Positions 37,315 to 50,533 of a DNA stretch of 64,000 nt are shown piece after piece; the stretch's first letter is position 1, and each line of letters opens with the position of its first letter. Made by a program: the position numbers and the translations under genes. Below the pieces are notes generated by a model that was not told where the DNA came from, ran no database searches, and was given only the letters and a program-made list of their open reading frames with translations. This DNA is from Squalus acanthias (lineage: Eukaryota), in the NCBI GenBank assembly GCA_030390025.1, contig CM059433.1, positions 11,472,001 to 11,536,000 of the forward strand. The letters are read 5' to 3'.

Positions 37315-38549
37315 ATGCCTATTTCCACCTCCATAACATCGCCCGTCTCTGCCCTTGCCTCAGCTCATCCGCTGTTGAAACCCTCATCCATGCCTTTGTT
37401 ACCTCTAGACTTGACTATTCCAACGCACTCCTGGCTGGCCTCCCACGTTCTTTTTTTAAATTCATTCATGGGATGTGGGCATCGCTGGCAAGGCCAGCAT
37501 TTATTGCCCATCCCTAGTTGCCCTTGAGAAGGTGGTGGTGAGCCGCCTTCTTGAACTGCTGCAGTCTGTGCGGTGAAGGTACTCCCACAGCGCTGTTAAG
37601 GCGGGATTTCCAGGATTTTGACCCAGCGATGATGAAGGATCGACGATATACTTCCAAGTCAGGATGGTGTGTGACTTGGAGGGGAACTTGGAGGTGGTGG
37701 TGTTCCCATGCGCCTGCTGCCCTTGTCCTTCTAGGTGGTAGAGGTTGCGGGTTTGGGAGGTGCTGCCGAAGCAGCCTTGGCGAGTTGCTGCAGTGCATCT
37801 TATAGATGGTACACACTGCAGCCACGGTATGCCAGTGGTGGAGGGAGTGAATGTTTAAGGTGGTGGATGGGGTGCCAATCAAGTGGGCTGCTTTGTCTTG
37901 GATGGTGTTGAGCTTCTTGAGTGTTGTTGGAGCTGCACTCATCCAGGCAAGTGGAGAGTATTCCAACACATTCCTGACTTGTGCCTTGTAGATGGTGGAA
38001 AGGCTTTGGGGAGTCAGGAGATTCTGCCCTACGTAAACTTGAGGTCATCCAAAACTCGGTTGCCCATGTACTAACTCGCGTCAAGTCCCGTTCCCCCATC
38101 ACCCCTGTGCTCGATCACCTTCATTGGCTCCTGGTTAAGCAACGCCTCGATTTCAAAATTTTCATCCATGTTTTCAACTCCCTCCATGGCCTCGCCCCTC
38201 CCTATCTCTGTAATCTCCTGCAGCCCCACAACCCCCCGAGGTATCCTCTAATTCTGCCCTCTTGAGCATCTCTGATTATAATTGCTCAACCATTGGTGGC
38301 CATGCCTTCTATTGCCTAGGCCCTAAGCTCTGGAATTCCCTGCCTAAACCTCTCCTCCTCCCTACCTTATTTCCTCCTTTAAGACGCTCCTTAAAACCTA
38401 CCTCTTTGACCAAGCTTTTGGTCACCTGCCCTAATTTATCCTTATGTGGCTCGGTGTCCAATTCTTTGCCTTATAATACTCCTGTGAAGCGCCTTGGGAT
38501 ATTTTACTACGTTAAAGGCGCTATATAAATACAAGTTGTTGTTGTTGTT
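37315..38549 (+). mobile_element. L2 LINE 3' portion split by a family B LINE
   Basis: [24 protein letters not shown] (37315-37448) resumes as LRKLEVIQNSVAHVLT..LHWL at 38021; (TTG)n tail. Confidence 0.93.
37449..38020 (-). mobile_element. Family B LINE 3' fragment
   Basis: ORF 37514..37969 ending HHHLLKGN; poly(T) at 37451. Confidence 0.95.
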
Positions 38550-39054
38550 TGGTTCGGGCCATTTCAGTGTTCTGGGAGAAGCAGAAACCTGATTGGAGAA
38601 ATGCAAACAGGGAATTGAGGGAGAGATGAGCATGGATCTAGTAGGCCACAACACATTCATGGACAAAGGGGTCAAGAATTATTTTTTGGATGAGAGGAGT
38701 AATGAGGGAAGGTTTGAATGGTAGGGGGACAGTGCCTGAGGAGAGGGAACTGTTTATGATGTCAGGTATAACAGGCAGCCGATCTGCTACCGTCAAATCT
38801 ATCCAACCACATGAAGCCCAGCGAGGCATTAACAAAATTTGCGAATCAACTTTAAAACACACTTGCGCATGAACAGCTGTTTATTTGTTGTGACGCCACA
38901 TGTGGAAAGTGGAAGTACAGCATCATGTTGTTACAAGCTACTCAGAAACCATTAAGGTGCCCATCAAAATATCATATCATTTCCTATCTGTTTTATTGTC
39001 ATCAGGACACAGCGCAGGATGAATGAAACATAATCCCAGAAAATAAACAATTTC

Positions 39055-39243
39055 AGGGGCGAGGCCATGGAGGGAGTTGAAAACAAGGATGAGAATTTTG
39101 AAATCGAGGCGTTGCATAACCGGGGAGCCAATGAAGGTCAGCGAGCACAGGGGTGATGGGGGAACGGGACTTGACGCGAGTTAGGACACGGGCAGCCGAG
39201 TTTTGGATGATCTCAAGTTTACGTAGGGCAGAACCTCCTGACT
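39055..39243 (-). repeat. Inverted duplicate of 38012-38199 (family B/L2 junction)
   Basis: Includes the AGTCAGGAG|xTTCTGCCC junction and shares variants with 38012-38199. Confidence 0.8.
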
Positions 39244-40259
39244 TGTCGGAGATGATGTCATTGCATCAATGATTAGGAAAAAATTAAGCAATTTAATTGG
39301 CAAATGTAAAGAGTTAACCTTCACAAAAAAAGCATTTTTTTTCTTCATTTGGAGAAGGGTCGTATGTTATTTCATCATGAGCAAGTGATTCAGTAATGCA
39401 GTTACTATAATTTACCCCATCATATTTTGCCTTTATAAACAAGAGAAAGAAAGATTAGCCAAACCCTTTCATTAGGAAGATGATGCTTTATATTTTTTGT
39501 TGTGAAATACTAAGTTTTATTTCACATGTTAAATGATTGTTATTCTGTGCTTTTGCAGATTTCATGATTTATAGAATCAACATCACATTTCCTGGTATTC
39601 TTTGCTTAACTGGAGACTAACATCAGACATTTAGCATCTCCTCAAAACCAACAACTTACATCGATGTAGCCCCCTGAATGTAGCCAAACATCCCAAGGTG
39701 CAGAGTGAGTGTAGCAATGCTTGGGAGGAAAAAGGTGTTTTTTCCTATAGTCTCCAAAGCTCTCCACTACTGGGGTTTTTCTCTGGTCATTCCTGTGTCT
39801 CTTGTAGACTAATTGATCGAGATTGTTTGCTATGATTAGTCAATAACTCCATTCATTGAATCGTGCGACTACCAGGATGGTAGAAGGCGAACTAGATGGA
39901 CCGTGGTCTTTTCTCATTGAGCAATTTCTTCCGATGGAGTCATTGACTAGTGTTTAATGTGGCGAATTTTTCCCAAACTGGGCTTGCTCAAGAACTCCCC
40001 AGTGCAGCAACATCAGCCTTTTAACATGCAATCGTACTGTGTGGACCATTTGCATTGTAACCATTTCAAGTTAATGGCACTTGAAACGACTTTGTCAGTT
40101 GTTACAAGACGTATTCCCTGTGCTGCTCACTGATCCTATTCATAAGAAAAATCATTCAGTGTGATTAGAAGTTTATGGAACTTCTGACATCCTCAAAGGT
40201 AACAGAAAGGGACTTGTTTAAATTTGATATAGCAGCTCCTACAGGTTAAAGCCCGATGA

Positions 40260-40535
40260 GTAAGAACACATACGAACATACAAACATAAGAACATAAGAA
40301 ATAGGAACAGGAGTAGGCCATTTGGCCCCTCAAGCCTGCTCTGCCATTCAATAAGATCTTGGCTGATCCTTTACATCATCTCCACTTTCCTGCACTATCC
40401 CCATATCCCTTGATATTCAAAAATCTATCGATCTCTGTCTTGAATATACTCAACGACTGAGCCTCCACAGCCCTCTGGGGTAGAGAATTCCAAAGATTCA
40501 CCAACCCTCTGAGTGAAGAAATTTCTCCTCATCTC
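40260..40535 (-). mobile_element. CR1 3' fragment
   Basis: (CATAAGAA)n tail and CR1 3'UTR. Confidence 0.92.
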
Positions 40536-40563
40536 GGGGCGGGGGTGGGGGCGGGGTAGTGGG

Positions 40564-40746
40564 GGGTTAATTTTAACTTTGGGCCATGGTGTCAAATCGG
40601 CAATATCAAATTAGCCTGCATTATACACCTTATCTGACTTTCCTTTCCAACGAAGTCAATGGAATGAAAAATCACGTGTGCTGTACATTGGGCGGCGGAT
40701 TTGAAATACGTCCGTTTTACACCATCAGGCAAAGTTAAAATTACCC
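40564..40746. mobile_element. Short palindromic MITE
   Basis: TIR GGGTTAATTTTAACTTTG / CAAAGTTAAAATTACCC; arms fold back around a central GAAGTCAATGG. Confidence 0.75.
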
Positions 40747-41062
40747 AGCAGGGGTAGAAGCTTGGCAAAAGTGCTATTTAATTCTGCTACTGTCTTCCAG
40801 GTAGCATTAGCTGTGCACAATTAACTCCGGGCGAAATGCAGACAATGACATGTGGAAGGGATACTAATTTAGTCCCATTTCTGAAGCATGTCCACTTGCA
40901 GTAGAAGAATTAGTCAGTGATTCTGTACCAACTAATGGAAGTGCCCCATTCCTCATTTGTACAAAGTACACTCCCACTAAAAGAAAAACACTTGCATTTA
41001 TGGAGCACCTTTCACATCCTGAGGACGCCCCTAAACACTTTAGAACACAATGAATTACTTTT

Positions 41063-41742
41063 GAAATAAAAACAGAAAATGCTGGAAACACTCAGCATCT
41101 GTGGAGAGAGAAACAGAGTCAACGTTTCGAGTCGGGGGACCCTTCATTAGAACTGGAAAAGGTTAGAGAAGAGAGATTTTTAAGCAGGGGCAGAGAGGAG
41201 GGGAGGAAAGAACAAAGGGAAGGTCTGTGATAGGATGGAAGGCAGAAGAGATTGATTGACAAAAGGGATGATGGTGCAAGGCAAAAGGAGATGGTAATGG
41301 GACAAGTTAAGAAACAAAAGATGGCTCTAGATGAGGTGTGAATGACGATGGCAGCAACATTAACAGCTACCATGTGAGAAAACAAGAGGAAAAAATAAAG
41401 AAATACAGAGGCAGGGGTTATAGTCTGAAAATGTTGAACTCGATGTTAAGTCCAGAAGGCTGTAAAGTGCCTAATGGAAAGATGAGGTGCTGCTCCTCGA
41501 GCTTACGTTGAGCTTCATTGGAACAGTGTAAGAGGCCGAGGAAGGAGAGATCAGAGTGGGAGTGAAGCGGAGAATTAAAGTGACAGGCGACCAGAAGCTC
41601 GGGGTCATCCTTACGGACTGAACGGAGGTGTTCCGCAAAGCGGTCACCCAATCTGCGTTTGGTCTCCCCAATGTAGAGGAGACCGCATCATGAGCAGTGA
41701 ATACAGTATACTAAATTGCAAGAAGTACAAGTAAATTGCTTT
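41063..41742 (-). mobile_element. Penelope-like element 3' portion (GIY-YIG endonuclease plus hammerhead-like motif)
   Basis: NLVYCI..CGLLYIGETKRRLGDRFAEH..LEEQHLIF.LGTLQPSGLN; decayed hammerhead at ~41116-41155. Confidence 0.9.
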
Positions 41743-42267
41743 AAATTGTAAGTTTAATCTAACATAGTGGTGTTGAATCTTAACTATACAATAATATAAT
41801 AAAAGTTATATATGAGTGACAAAGAAATATTGAAATAATATTATCATTAAGTAATATGATGCCATGTACAAATACAATCAAGAACATAATTAAAAAAGAA
41901 CATTAATTGGGAAGTTATTGGTGCTTTAGTCACAAATCTATAGACTTTTGTATCAGTAACCGGTACAAATAAAAGATGTGTGTGTATAGGTAATATTTCA
42001 AATTAAGCAGATTTTAAATGTAATTGTAAAGGGGTGGATTTACAATCTTATGCAAGTTCAGCGGGAGAGCTGCGGAATCCCTGACAAACAGTGTAAGTGG
42101 TGCTTATGTGTTTCTGGGATTTCTGCAGCTCTTCTGTTGAAGTTAACAATGAGAGAACCTCCACAGAAATTCACCCTAAAGTCTCAGACTGAAAAATTAA
42201 ATTAGTCATATTCAGTGACTGAAAGCAAATTGAACCAGTGGAATGAATGATGAGAATTAAATTGTTA

Positions 42268-42693
42268 CGGTTGATGGGTGAAACTAGAACTAGGGGACAT
42301 AATCTTAGAATAAGGGGCTGCTCTTTCAAAACTGAGATGAGGAGAAACTTTTTCACTCAGAGGGTAGTGGGTCTGTGGAATTTGCTACCCCAGGAAGCTG
42401 TGGAAGCTACTTCATTAAATAAATTTAAAACCGAAATAGACCGTTTCCTAGAAGTAAAGGGAATCAGGGGTTACGGGGAGCGGGCTGGAAATTGGACATG
42501 AGGCTGAGTTTGGATCGGTCAAGGCCCTGTGGGTGGCGGAGCGGGCCCAGGGGCCGAGTGGCCTGGTCCTGCTCCTACTTCTTGTGTTCTTTAGAGTTGA
42601 GGTTGGATCAGATCAGCCATGATCTCATTGAATGGCGGAGCAGGCTCGGGGGGCCGATTGGTCTACTCCTGCTCCTATTTCTTATGTTCTTAT
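42268..42693 (+). mobile_element. CR1 3' fragment, double-3'UTR family
   Basis: MGETRTRGHNLRIRGCSFKTEMRRNFFTQRVV, followed by two successive 3'UTR modules. Confidence 0.93.
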
Positions 42694-42834
42694 GACTTGA
42701 TTTAATGTGTAACTAGACAATCACACAATACTGTGAGAAAAACCTGACCAGAAACAACACAAAAATGTATTTAAATGGTATATGTCATTTTTTATAGTGC
42801 AGGTCAATTCACTGCAATTGCAGATTTCAGATTT

Positions 42835-44170
42835 CAACAATTTCAGATCATAACCTCGGCCCCTCTCACATATATATATATTTTTTCATCCACACTTTTT
42901 GTTTGGCCCTTTTTTTCTTCCCTCCCACATGGCAGCTGTCCTTCATTCTGCCAGCACATTTCACACTTCATCTAGAGCCATCCTTTGTTCCTCAACCTGT
43001 CACATTACCACCTCCTCTTGCCTTGAATATCTCTTAATGTCTCTCAATGGGGGAAAAATTCAGTCGCGCCCCGTTTGGGGCGCAAATATCGGCCGGGCGC
43101 AAAAATTAGCGCCTGGCGCTAATTATCGCCACCGACTGCAAACTTGACTTTTATCGCCCCTGGAGGTGATTGGAGCGCTAAATCAGGCGCTTCACACCTG
43201 TCTTAAGGCGCAAAGGCCGAGGAGCGAGGCGCTAACTCAGAGCGCTGGCGAAGCTCATGTAATGTCAGTCAGCAATGGAACACACACACAATGGCACGGG
43301 CCAGTTCTTAAAGGGGATGGTTAATCTTGCTTTCCATCCACATCCTGCTCATTGCAGCCTTGAATCTCGGCCTGGAGAGACCTGCACATCAAATCTGCTG
43401 GAAAGAACAATGGAGAGTACCAGGCAAAGAGCTCAGAGTGCAGCCCCCACAGTCTCTGCTAAATCGATACAAGGAATGGCAAATCAAAATGAACCTGCAA
43501 AGTGCTGCTCAATACCCAAAACTCCTTCACACAACGTTGAATCTCTCCAGAAGTCTCTCCCTCTCTCTCTCAGAATGCGTAGTTCAAAAATGGCACCAAC
43601 AATAAAAGGCAGGAAGCGGTCACCTTTAAATAGCACTCCCCCTTTCCCTTCATGACTGCAGAACGCTCCCCTCAACCTGTCGTTGCTAGCGTCAGGCGGT
43701 AAGGCAGGGGGCGCCACTCAATATCCGCTCCGGGGCGATACCGGGGCGTTGCGCACTCGAGTGACGTCATGATCTGCCGGCGCAGGAGATCGCGGCGATA
43801 AAGTTTAGCACCGCCGCAAAATGTCTAGTTAAGTTCGCAAGTTTCGCAAACATCGCTGCGCCCTGGGCGCGAGCTGCTTTATGCCCCATTAGCGCCCTCT
43901 TAAGGCGCTAACGGGAGGCACAACCAACTGAATTTTTCCCCCAATGTCTCTTAATCTCTCCTGCTTTCTATCCTATCACTGACCTTCCCTTTTGTTCTTT
44001 CATCCCCTCCTCCATTTCCCAGCCCCTAAACCTGCCTTAAAATCTATTCCATTTCCTGCTTTTTTCCAGTTCTGACAAAAGGTCTTCGACCTCAAATGTT
44101 AACTCTGTTTCTCTCTCCACGGATGCTGCCTGGCCTGCTGAGTTTTTCCAGCATTTTCTGCTGTTATTTC
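42835..44170 (+). mobile_element. Penelope-like 3' remnant split by a MITE
   Basis: TTCAACAATTTCAGATCATAACC (end of the GIY-YIG ORF), 3' region shared with 61220-62420, decayed hammerhead at ~44067-44104. Confidence 0.8.
43049..43942. mobile_element. Harbinger-type MITE (894 bp)
   Basis: Perfect 16-bp TIR GGGGGAAAAATTCAGT / ACTGAATTTTTCCCCC; 3-bp TSD AAT. Confidence 0.93.
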
Positions 44171-44384
44171 ACTGCAATTATTGTTGAGTTGGGAGGCAAC
44201 AGCCGAGAATGGGCAGTGAAAAATGTATTTCCCTCACCATCCAGGGTAGCACTTACATCCCTTCAGGAATTTCTGAATTAACATTTACCAGTAGCTTTTC
44301 AAGTAGAACCGAATCTCCATCAATCTGTTAGCTGATGTAATCAACATGTTTTTATTTTGGTTTGTTTTCCATGCTGTCAAGTAA

Positions 44385-44687
44385 TCAGCTGGAGCAATGA
44401 CCACGGAACTCACGCCTCAGGTTGACAGACGTGGTTCCCGAGCTGCGTGAATCCCGTGGCCATGCTGGGAAATTTAAAAAGCTGGGGGGAACAGGCTCTT
44501 AAGTGCCGGTAAACTACCTCATAATGATTTCAATTGGATCCCCCGTCGCTGCAGGTCGGGTCAACTCCACGATGACAGACGCGCCTTTGGGAAAGGCGTG
44601 TGGGAGCGAGATGACAAAAATAACAACTTTCCCACCCAATCCGCCACCGATCTCGTCCGTTACCACCCACCCAGGAACATTCAGCCC
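44385..44687. mobile_element. Harbinger-type right-end fragment
   Basis: Ends in GGAACATTCAGCCC; subterminal sequence shared with 5221-5303. Confidence 0.55.
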
Positions 44688-44764
44688 AGAGTTAATGTTT
44701 CAAGTCAATGACCTTTCAGCAGAACTGGTCATAGGCCTGAAACTTGAACTCTGAATAGCCAGTT

Positions 44765-45035
44765 AATCGTTTTTTAGCAGTATTGGTTGAAGGACAAATG
44801 CTGGCCAGGCCAACTCTTTGCTCCTTCTCTAATAGTGCCACAAGAGCTTTTACATCTACCTGAACGGGCAGACAGGGCCTTGATTTAATGTCTCATTTGA
44901 AAGACAGAATCTCAAACAATACAGTATTCCCTCAGTACCACATCGAAATATCGTCCTTGTTCAAGACCTGGAGCAGTGCTTGACTCACAACCTTCTGCTT
45001 CAAGGGGGAGAGTGCTGGGGCAAACGGACACTGAG
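44765..45035 (-). mobile_element. Deu-domain SINE fragment
   Basis: Reverse-complement similarity to 13983-14230. Confidence 0.7.
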
Positions 45036-45686
45036 ACACACCGTGAATGGTCCTGTTCCAGTGAATTTTAATTGGAGTAGCAAACAGGGAGCTGATTAAT
45101 GTCGCACTTACCTTAGCAACAGCTGCAACTAAACGTTGCCACCAGGGGCAGAGACCATCATGTTCTTCCAGCCACATACAGGCCAGCAAACAGGGTATGA
45201 CGGCCAAAAGCAAAATCACATATCAATTTTAAAATGCACTGACGCATGAGCGATTGTTTCTCTGTTCTGGTACAAAGTAAATGAGGCAGTTTAGTAGTGC
45301 TGGGAGCTCCAGACAATATTACAGAGCTGCTTCTTGAAGCAGTGCTGCAATATAAATATGCTATAAGGCACAAGGCCATCCTCAGACTGCCTGTATGATA
45401 AGTGTAACACAGGCGTAGAAATTGCCATGCATTTTGCCCATGTTTCGGGTCCAAAACGAGCGCAACGATCACCATGTTGGCTCGATAGGCGTCCCTGGCG
45501 GCCGCCTGAAACAAACGCTGGCCTCATTAAATGGTTAATAAGGGTCCAGCGCCTGAATCAGGACCCTTTCGTGCAATTGGTGTCTGGGAGCGCCTGATTG
45601 GTCAATTCCTAACCCCTCCCAGCAAAACATGGCACTCACAGTCGGGAAGGAGGATCCAGCGGCAATATTTAAAGAGGTCATCGGTT

Positions 45687-46472
45687 CATAAGAACATAAG
45701 AACATAAGAAATAGGAGCAGGAGTAGGCCAATCGGCCCCTCGAGCCTGCTCCGCCATTCAATAGGATCATGGCTGATCTGATCCTAACCTCAAATCTAAA
45801 GAACACAAGAAGTAGGAGCAGGACCCGGCCACTCAGCCCCTGGGCCCGCTCCGCCACCCACAGGTCCTTGACCGATCCGAACTCAGCCTCATGTCCAATT
45901 TCCTGCCCGCTCCCCGTAACCCCTAATTCCCTTTACTTCTAGGAAACTGTCTATTTCTGTTTTAAATTTATTTAATGATGTAGCTTCCACAGCTTCCTGG
46001 GGCAGCAAATTCCACAGACCTACTACCCTCTGAGTGAAGAAGTTTCTCCTCATCTCAGTTTTGAAAGAGCAGCATCTTATTCTAAGATTATGCCCCCTAG
46101 TTCTAGTTTCACCCATCCTTGGGAACATCCTTACCGCATCCACCCGATCAAGCCCCTTCACAATCTTATATGTTTCAATAAGATCGCCTCTCATTCTTCT
46201 GAACTCCAATGAGTAGAGTCCCAATCTACTCAACCTCTCCTCATATGTCCACCCCCTCATCCCCGGGATTAACCGAGTGAACCTTCTTTGTACTGCCTCG
46301 AGAGCAAGTATGTCTTTTCTTAAGTATGGACACCAAAACTGTATGCAGTATTCCAGGTGTGGTCTCACCAATACCTTGTATAACTGCAGCAATACCTCCC
46401 TGTTTTTATAATCTATCCCCCGAGCAATAAAAGCCAACATTCCATTGGCCTTCTTGATCACTTGCTGCACCT
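45687..46472 (-). mobile_element. CR1 3' fragment (193-aa open frame), double-3'UTR family, inserted in the Harbinger
   Basis: ORF 45889..46470; (CATAAGAA)n tail. Confidence 0.96.
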
Positions 46473-47796
46473 TTTGACTTTTTGATTTTCTTGCACTTAA
46501 TTAAGCTAAGTCGCTAGTTAGGCTTCATAGGTTCTTTCGGGCCAGCATTTTGTCAACCTTGGCTATTTTTTTGGCTGTCCACTAATTTTGGGGAGTGATT
46601 CTGTGAGGAGCTGCAGTTTTTTCCAGCACCGGCTTCATCACTATTCTGCAGCATGGGCAAGCGGCTCGGCCAACTGAGGAGTGCGAGCAACAGCAGCAAG
46701 AAAGGCAACAGCGAGTTGGCGAGGCTGTTCGGAGAGGACAAAGGAGGGGAAGGCGCAGGGGGAGTAACAGCATCCGGGTCGTCGGAAAGAGACTCCCATA
46801 CCTGCACCTGACAAAGGAGCAGTGTGTAAGGCAGGTTCACTTCAGCAAGGGAGACGGTTACTGAGCTCCGTCACATGCTGCAGCAAGAATTGGAGCCCAG
46901 TACCAGGGCATGCATGGCACTTTCTGTGGTGTTGAATGTAACTGTTCCTCTGAACTTTTGTTGCCTCTTGATCATTCCAGACTCCATCAGGGGACATCAG
47001 CAGCATCAGTTGGTTTACAGTGCACACCTCAATCAGGCAGGTGACTGACGCACTATTAGCGAGATGACAACAATCCATCACCTTCCCTTTGTAGGCTGGC
47101 AAGCAACAAGAACAAGCTTTGGGGTTTTACAAAATAGCTGGGTTTCCACAGGTGCAAGGAGTAATAGACGGTACCCACGTTGCCCTGAATTCTCCCTGTC
47201 ATGAACCAAGATTTTCCTACAATAGGAAGGGCTTCCATACGTTGAATGTCCAACTCCCCTGCGACCACAGGCAGAGAATGATGTAGGTCTGTGCCAGTTG
47301 TCATGATGTTTCATATTGCACTAGTCCTAAGATCCCTCCTGTTCCACCCAGAACATCGGGTCAGAAGCTGTCTGCTTGGGGACAAAGGGTAACCCCTCAA
47401 CACCTGGCTTATGGGACCTGTCAGGAACCTGTACACGAAGGCGGAGCATCGATACAACAAAAGCCACGGCAGAACCAGCGTCCTTATCGAGCAGACCATA
47501 GGACTGTTGAAGCAAAGGTTCCACTGTCTCGACAGCTGTGGAGCTGTTCTACAGTTCAGACCAGAGCAAGTGTCACGATTCCTGGTTGTATGCTGCACGC
47601 TGTACAGCTTTGCACTACAAAGTGGAGAAAGACTTGGTGCTGCCAGAGGATGGAGATCTGGAGGAAGAACAACAAGAAGGTGGAGGGTCCGGCAGAAGAG
47701 GAAGGGCCAGCACTGCAGCCACCCTCCAGAGTTCTTCAACAGCAAATTATAGAAGAGAGGTTCTCCTGAAGAATCTCTGCCCTCCCAATGCAGCAT

Positions 47797-48157
47797 CCCC
47801 CCCAATACACCAATCACCCCCCATCACACCAAACCCCCAATCCCACCAATCCCCCAATCCCCAATACACCAATCCCCCCCAATACACCAATCCCCCCAAT
47901 ACACCAATCCCCCCCAATACACCAATCCCCCCAATACACCAATCCCCAATACACCAATCCCCAATACACCAATCCCCAATACACCAATCCCCAATACACC
48001 AATCCCCCCCAATACACCAATCCCCAATACACCAATCCCCAATACACCAATCCCCAATACACCAATCCCCAATACACCAATCCCCAATACACCAATCCCC
48101 AATACACCAATCCCCAATACACCAATCCCCCCCAACACACCAATCCCCCAATCCCCC
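47797..48157. repeat. 15-18-bp minisatellite (CCCCAATACACCAAT)n, ~20+ copies
   Basis: Directly visible; C-run length varies between units. Confidence 0.98.
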
Positions 48158-48903
48158 TGCGCAATGCACCAATAGTCCCTCCTTCCATCTCACCCACTCC
48201 TTAAACCCACTATCTGAATGCCCTCATGTCCAGCTTCATGAGAGTTGCTCCTACTTCATTAAGTATATCAAGACCAACGGCATTCCAAAAGAAGAGTTTA
48301 CTGCTCCACCATACATCAGCATTCTTCATTTGAGAAATGCTTATATTGAACATAGAGCACGATACTTGTTAATAAAAGCCCAAGTACCTGCCTTATGTGC
48401 TTGTTTACCAATTTCCGTGCTCCTACAAAGCGGTTCCCCAGTGGCTACAGCTTGGGAGGTGGAAGGTTACTGAACCTCCTTGAGAAGGCCGTGGTGGCCG
48501 ACCTCGAGGAACTCTGGCTGTTGAGGGTCTGGCTGCAGACTGTTGAAACTCAGCTTCAGCTAGGGCAATCTGGCCCAGCTAGCTGTCTGGAACCAACAAG
48601 GGAACTAGTTGAGGGGCTGGCGAGGGAGCAGGCACGATGAGAAAGGAAAACCTGTGTCTCTCCCATGGAACCAATGTCAGTCTCAGGGGCTGAGCCTCAG
48701 CACTCCCGCTGCGCTGCACAAGAATAGCATACAGTGATGCTGGGAGGCTCTTGGAACCTCTGTCCACGTTTCCCTTCAGGTTTTGTAGCCCTGAGGGTAT
48801 GCTGGATGCCAGAGCCAAGGTGGCAGAAGTTTGAGCTGCCACCAGAGGCGCCATCACTGTGGGTCCCCCTGCCGTGCTCATAGAGCTGACTCGATGAAAT
48901 ATA

Positions 48904-49505
48904 GGGGGCTAAATTTGGTTTATTTGCGCCTCGCGTTAGCAACCTCTTAAGGAAATAAACTAGCACCTGGGCGCGGCGCCACTAATGCCTCTCGCAAAAT
49001 TCAGCAGGAGGTTAGCGGCGGCGTTAACCGTTAGCGTCGCGTGGCGCTGCGCCACCGGCAATGACATCATCGCCGTGCGCAGAGCCCCGTTCGCACTCCC
49101 TGTAATATTGGGTGGTGCCCCCCGACTTACCGCCAGACGCTATGTCCGCCAGGGTCAGGGGGGCCTACCTGCCAGCACCTGCCCCCCATTGTTGTCCCCG
49201 GCCCCCGTGAAGCCCCCCCGCGGGGTGCCGGCTGCTCTCCGTGAGCCCGGCACTCCTCTTGAGTTCCGGGCTCGTTTGCCGGCTCACCCGATCCCTAGTG
49301 GCCCAGCTGGGCGCTGGGACGCGCTGCGCCAGGCCCCTCCCCTTTAATAAAGCAATATTGGCTTGCAGCGCCCCAAGTGGGACGCGGGGCGCTTCCAGTA
49401 GCGCCCCTCCTCCCTCTCGGGGCGCTACCTGGGAAAATTGGCCGCGGGGGCGCTAACTTTTTTGGGGCGCTAAAATTAAAAGGGGCGCTACCCAATTTTT
49501 ACCCC
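48904..49505. mobile_element. GC-rich Harbinger-type MITE related to family M2
   Basis: GGGGGCTAAATTTGG / CCCAATTTTTACCCC ends; colinear with 30404-31108. Confidence 0.85.
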
Positions 49506-50533
49506 ATGGGCTTTTATCTCAGAGCAACAGCAGCTCAATGAATCACCTAGATTAATTGATTCAATTTATCTATCTGTCCACTTAGGATATAGAGAGCATT
49601 ATTGGCTGTCTCAGTGGGAGTAAACATCCCACTTCCAGAAGCATTTCTGCGCCGGTCACCTTTGAACCTGCAGTCTGGACACAACATGCTGGGGCCAAAA
49701 TAATCCTCAGCCATTCAGGCGCACTCCTATTATAACATCAGCAGTCTTGTACCAGAAGGGCTGGAAATCAGATATACCAAGTTCTGGCCTAACGTCGGAG
49801 ATTCCGTAGGTCCTGTAGGAGGCAGAGCCTCCACCTGCTCCGTATAAGACCAGCGGTGTTGAGAATCCCGACATGAAGGAGTTTCCGTGATCTCGATCCT
49901 CAGAGGGAGGGACCCAGCGTGTCCTTGGCTTGTAGTATGCCTGGTAAGAACACCAGCTACACCAGGTATGCACCGGGATGGATGGCCGGTGGGTTATTGC
50001 TCCATTATCTTTATTCCTGTAGTCAGGCCAGAAGGTTCCTTTGTGCTGTTTTCTAATTTGATTGGCCACTGTTAAGTGTATGACTGATAACGACCGCATG
50101 GTTAGCATCAGCCAATTGGAAAGCCAATAGGAACTGTACATTTGTTCATTCTTGCAGACACAAATCTTTTAATAATATAAATAAATAAATGTCGGGCTGT
50201 TAAATTACCCTGTAATTTTCTATCGCAGCTGCTAACTATTTCCTTAATTAAACCTTTCTGTGTGTCATATGGTGTGATTTATCTGCAATAGTGAACCTCA
50301 ACAACCTATCCATAAAAGTAATTATATATATTTTTAAACTACGTTTTTTTTATACATTATAAACAAAATAGCAGATGGTCAGGATTGAATGTAATGCTCT
50401 AATTTAATGGATGGTGTCCTTAAACTCTTTCACTTCAGATCCCGACATGCCATCATACAAGCTCTTCCTTCTCACTGCAACCTCACTGTGTTGAAATCAA
50501 AACCTATCACAACATCTCCTATTCTAACTCATT

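Larger units (their letters stand above)
45412..48900 (+). mobile_element. Decayed PIF/Harbinger element with a HARBI1-like DDE transposase pseudogene (~46940-47640)
   Basis: SFQ..SGDISSIS..VH.SIRQVTDAL; GFPQVQGVIDGTHVAL; NRKGFHTLNVQL.CD; GDKG; HRYNKSHGRT..LIEQTIGLLKQRFHCLD..VVCCTL. Left end GGCGTAGAAATT; right boundary uncertain. Confidence 0.88.

Noticed and set aside
46940..47640. Functional host HARBI1 gene
   Set aside because: Multiple stops and frameshifts, a CR1 insertion upstream and a transposon context indicate a dead transposase.
47538..48473. 311-aa Pro-rich ORF and the overlapping repetitive ORFs
   Set aside because: These are translations of the 15-bp minisatellite, open in all frames.
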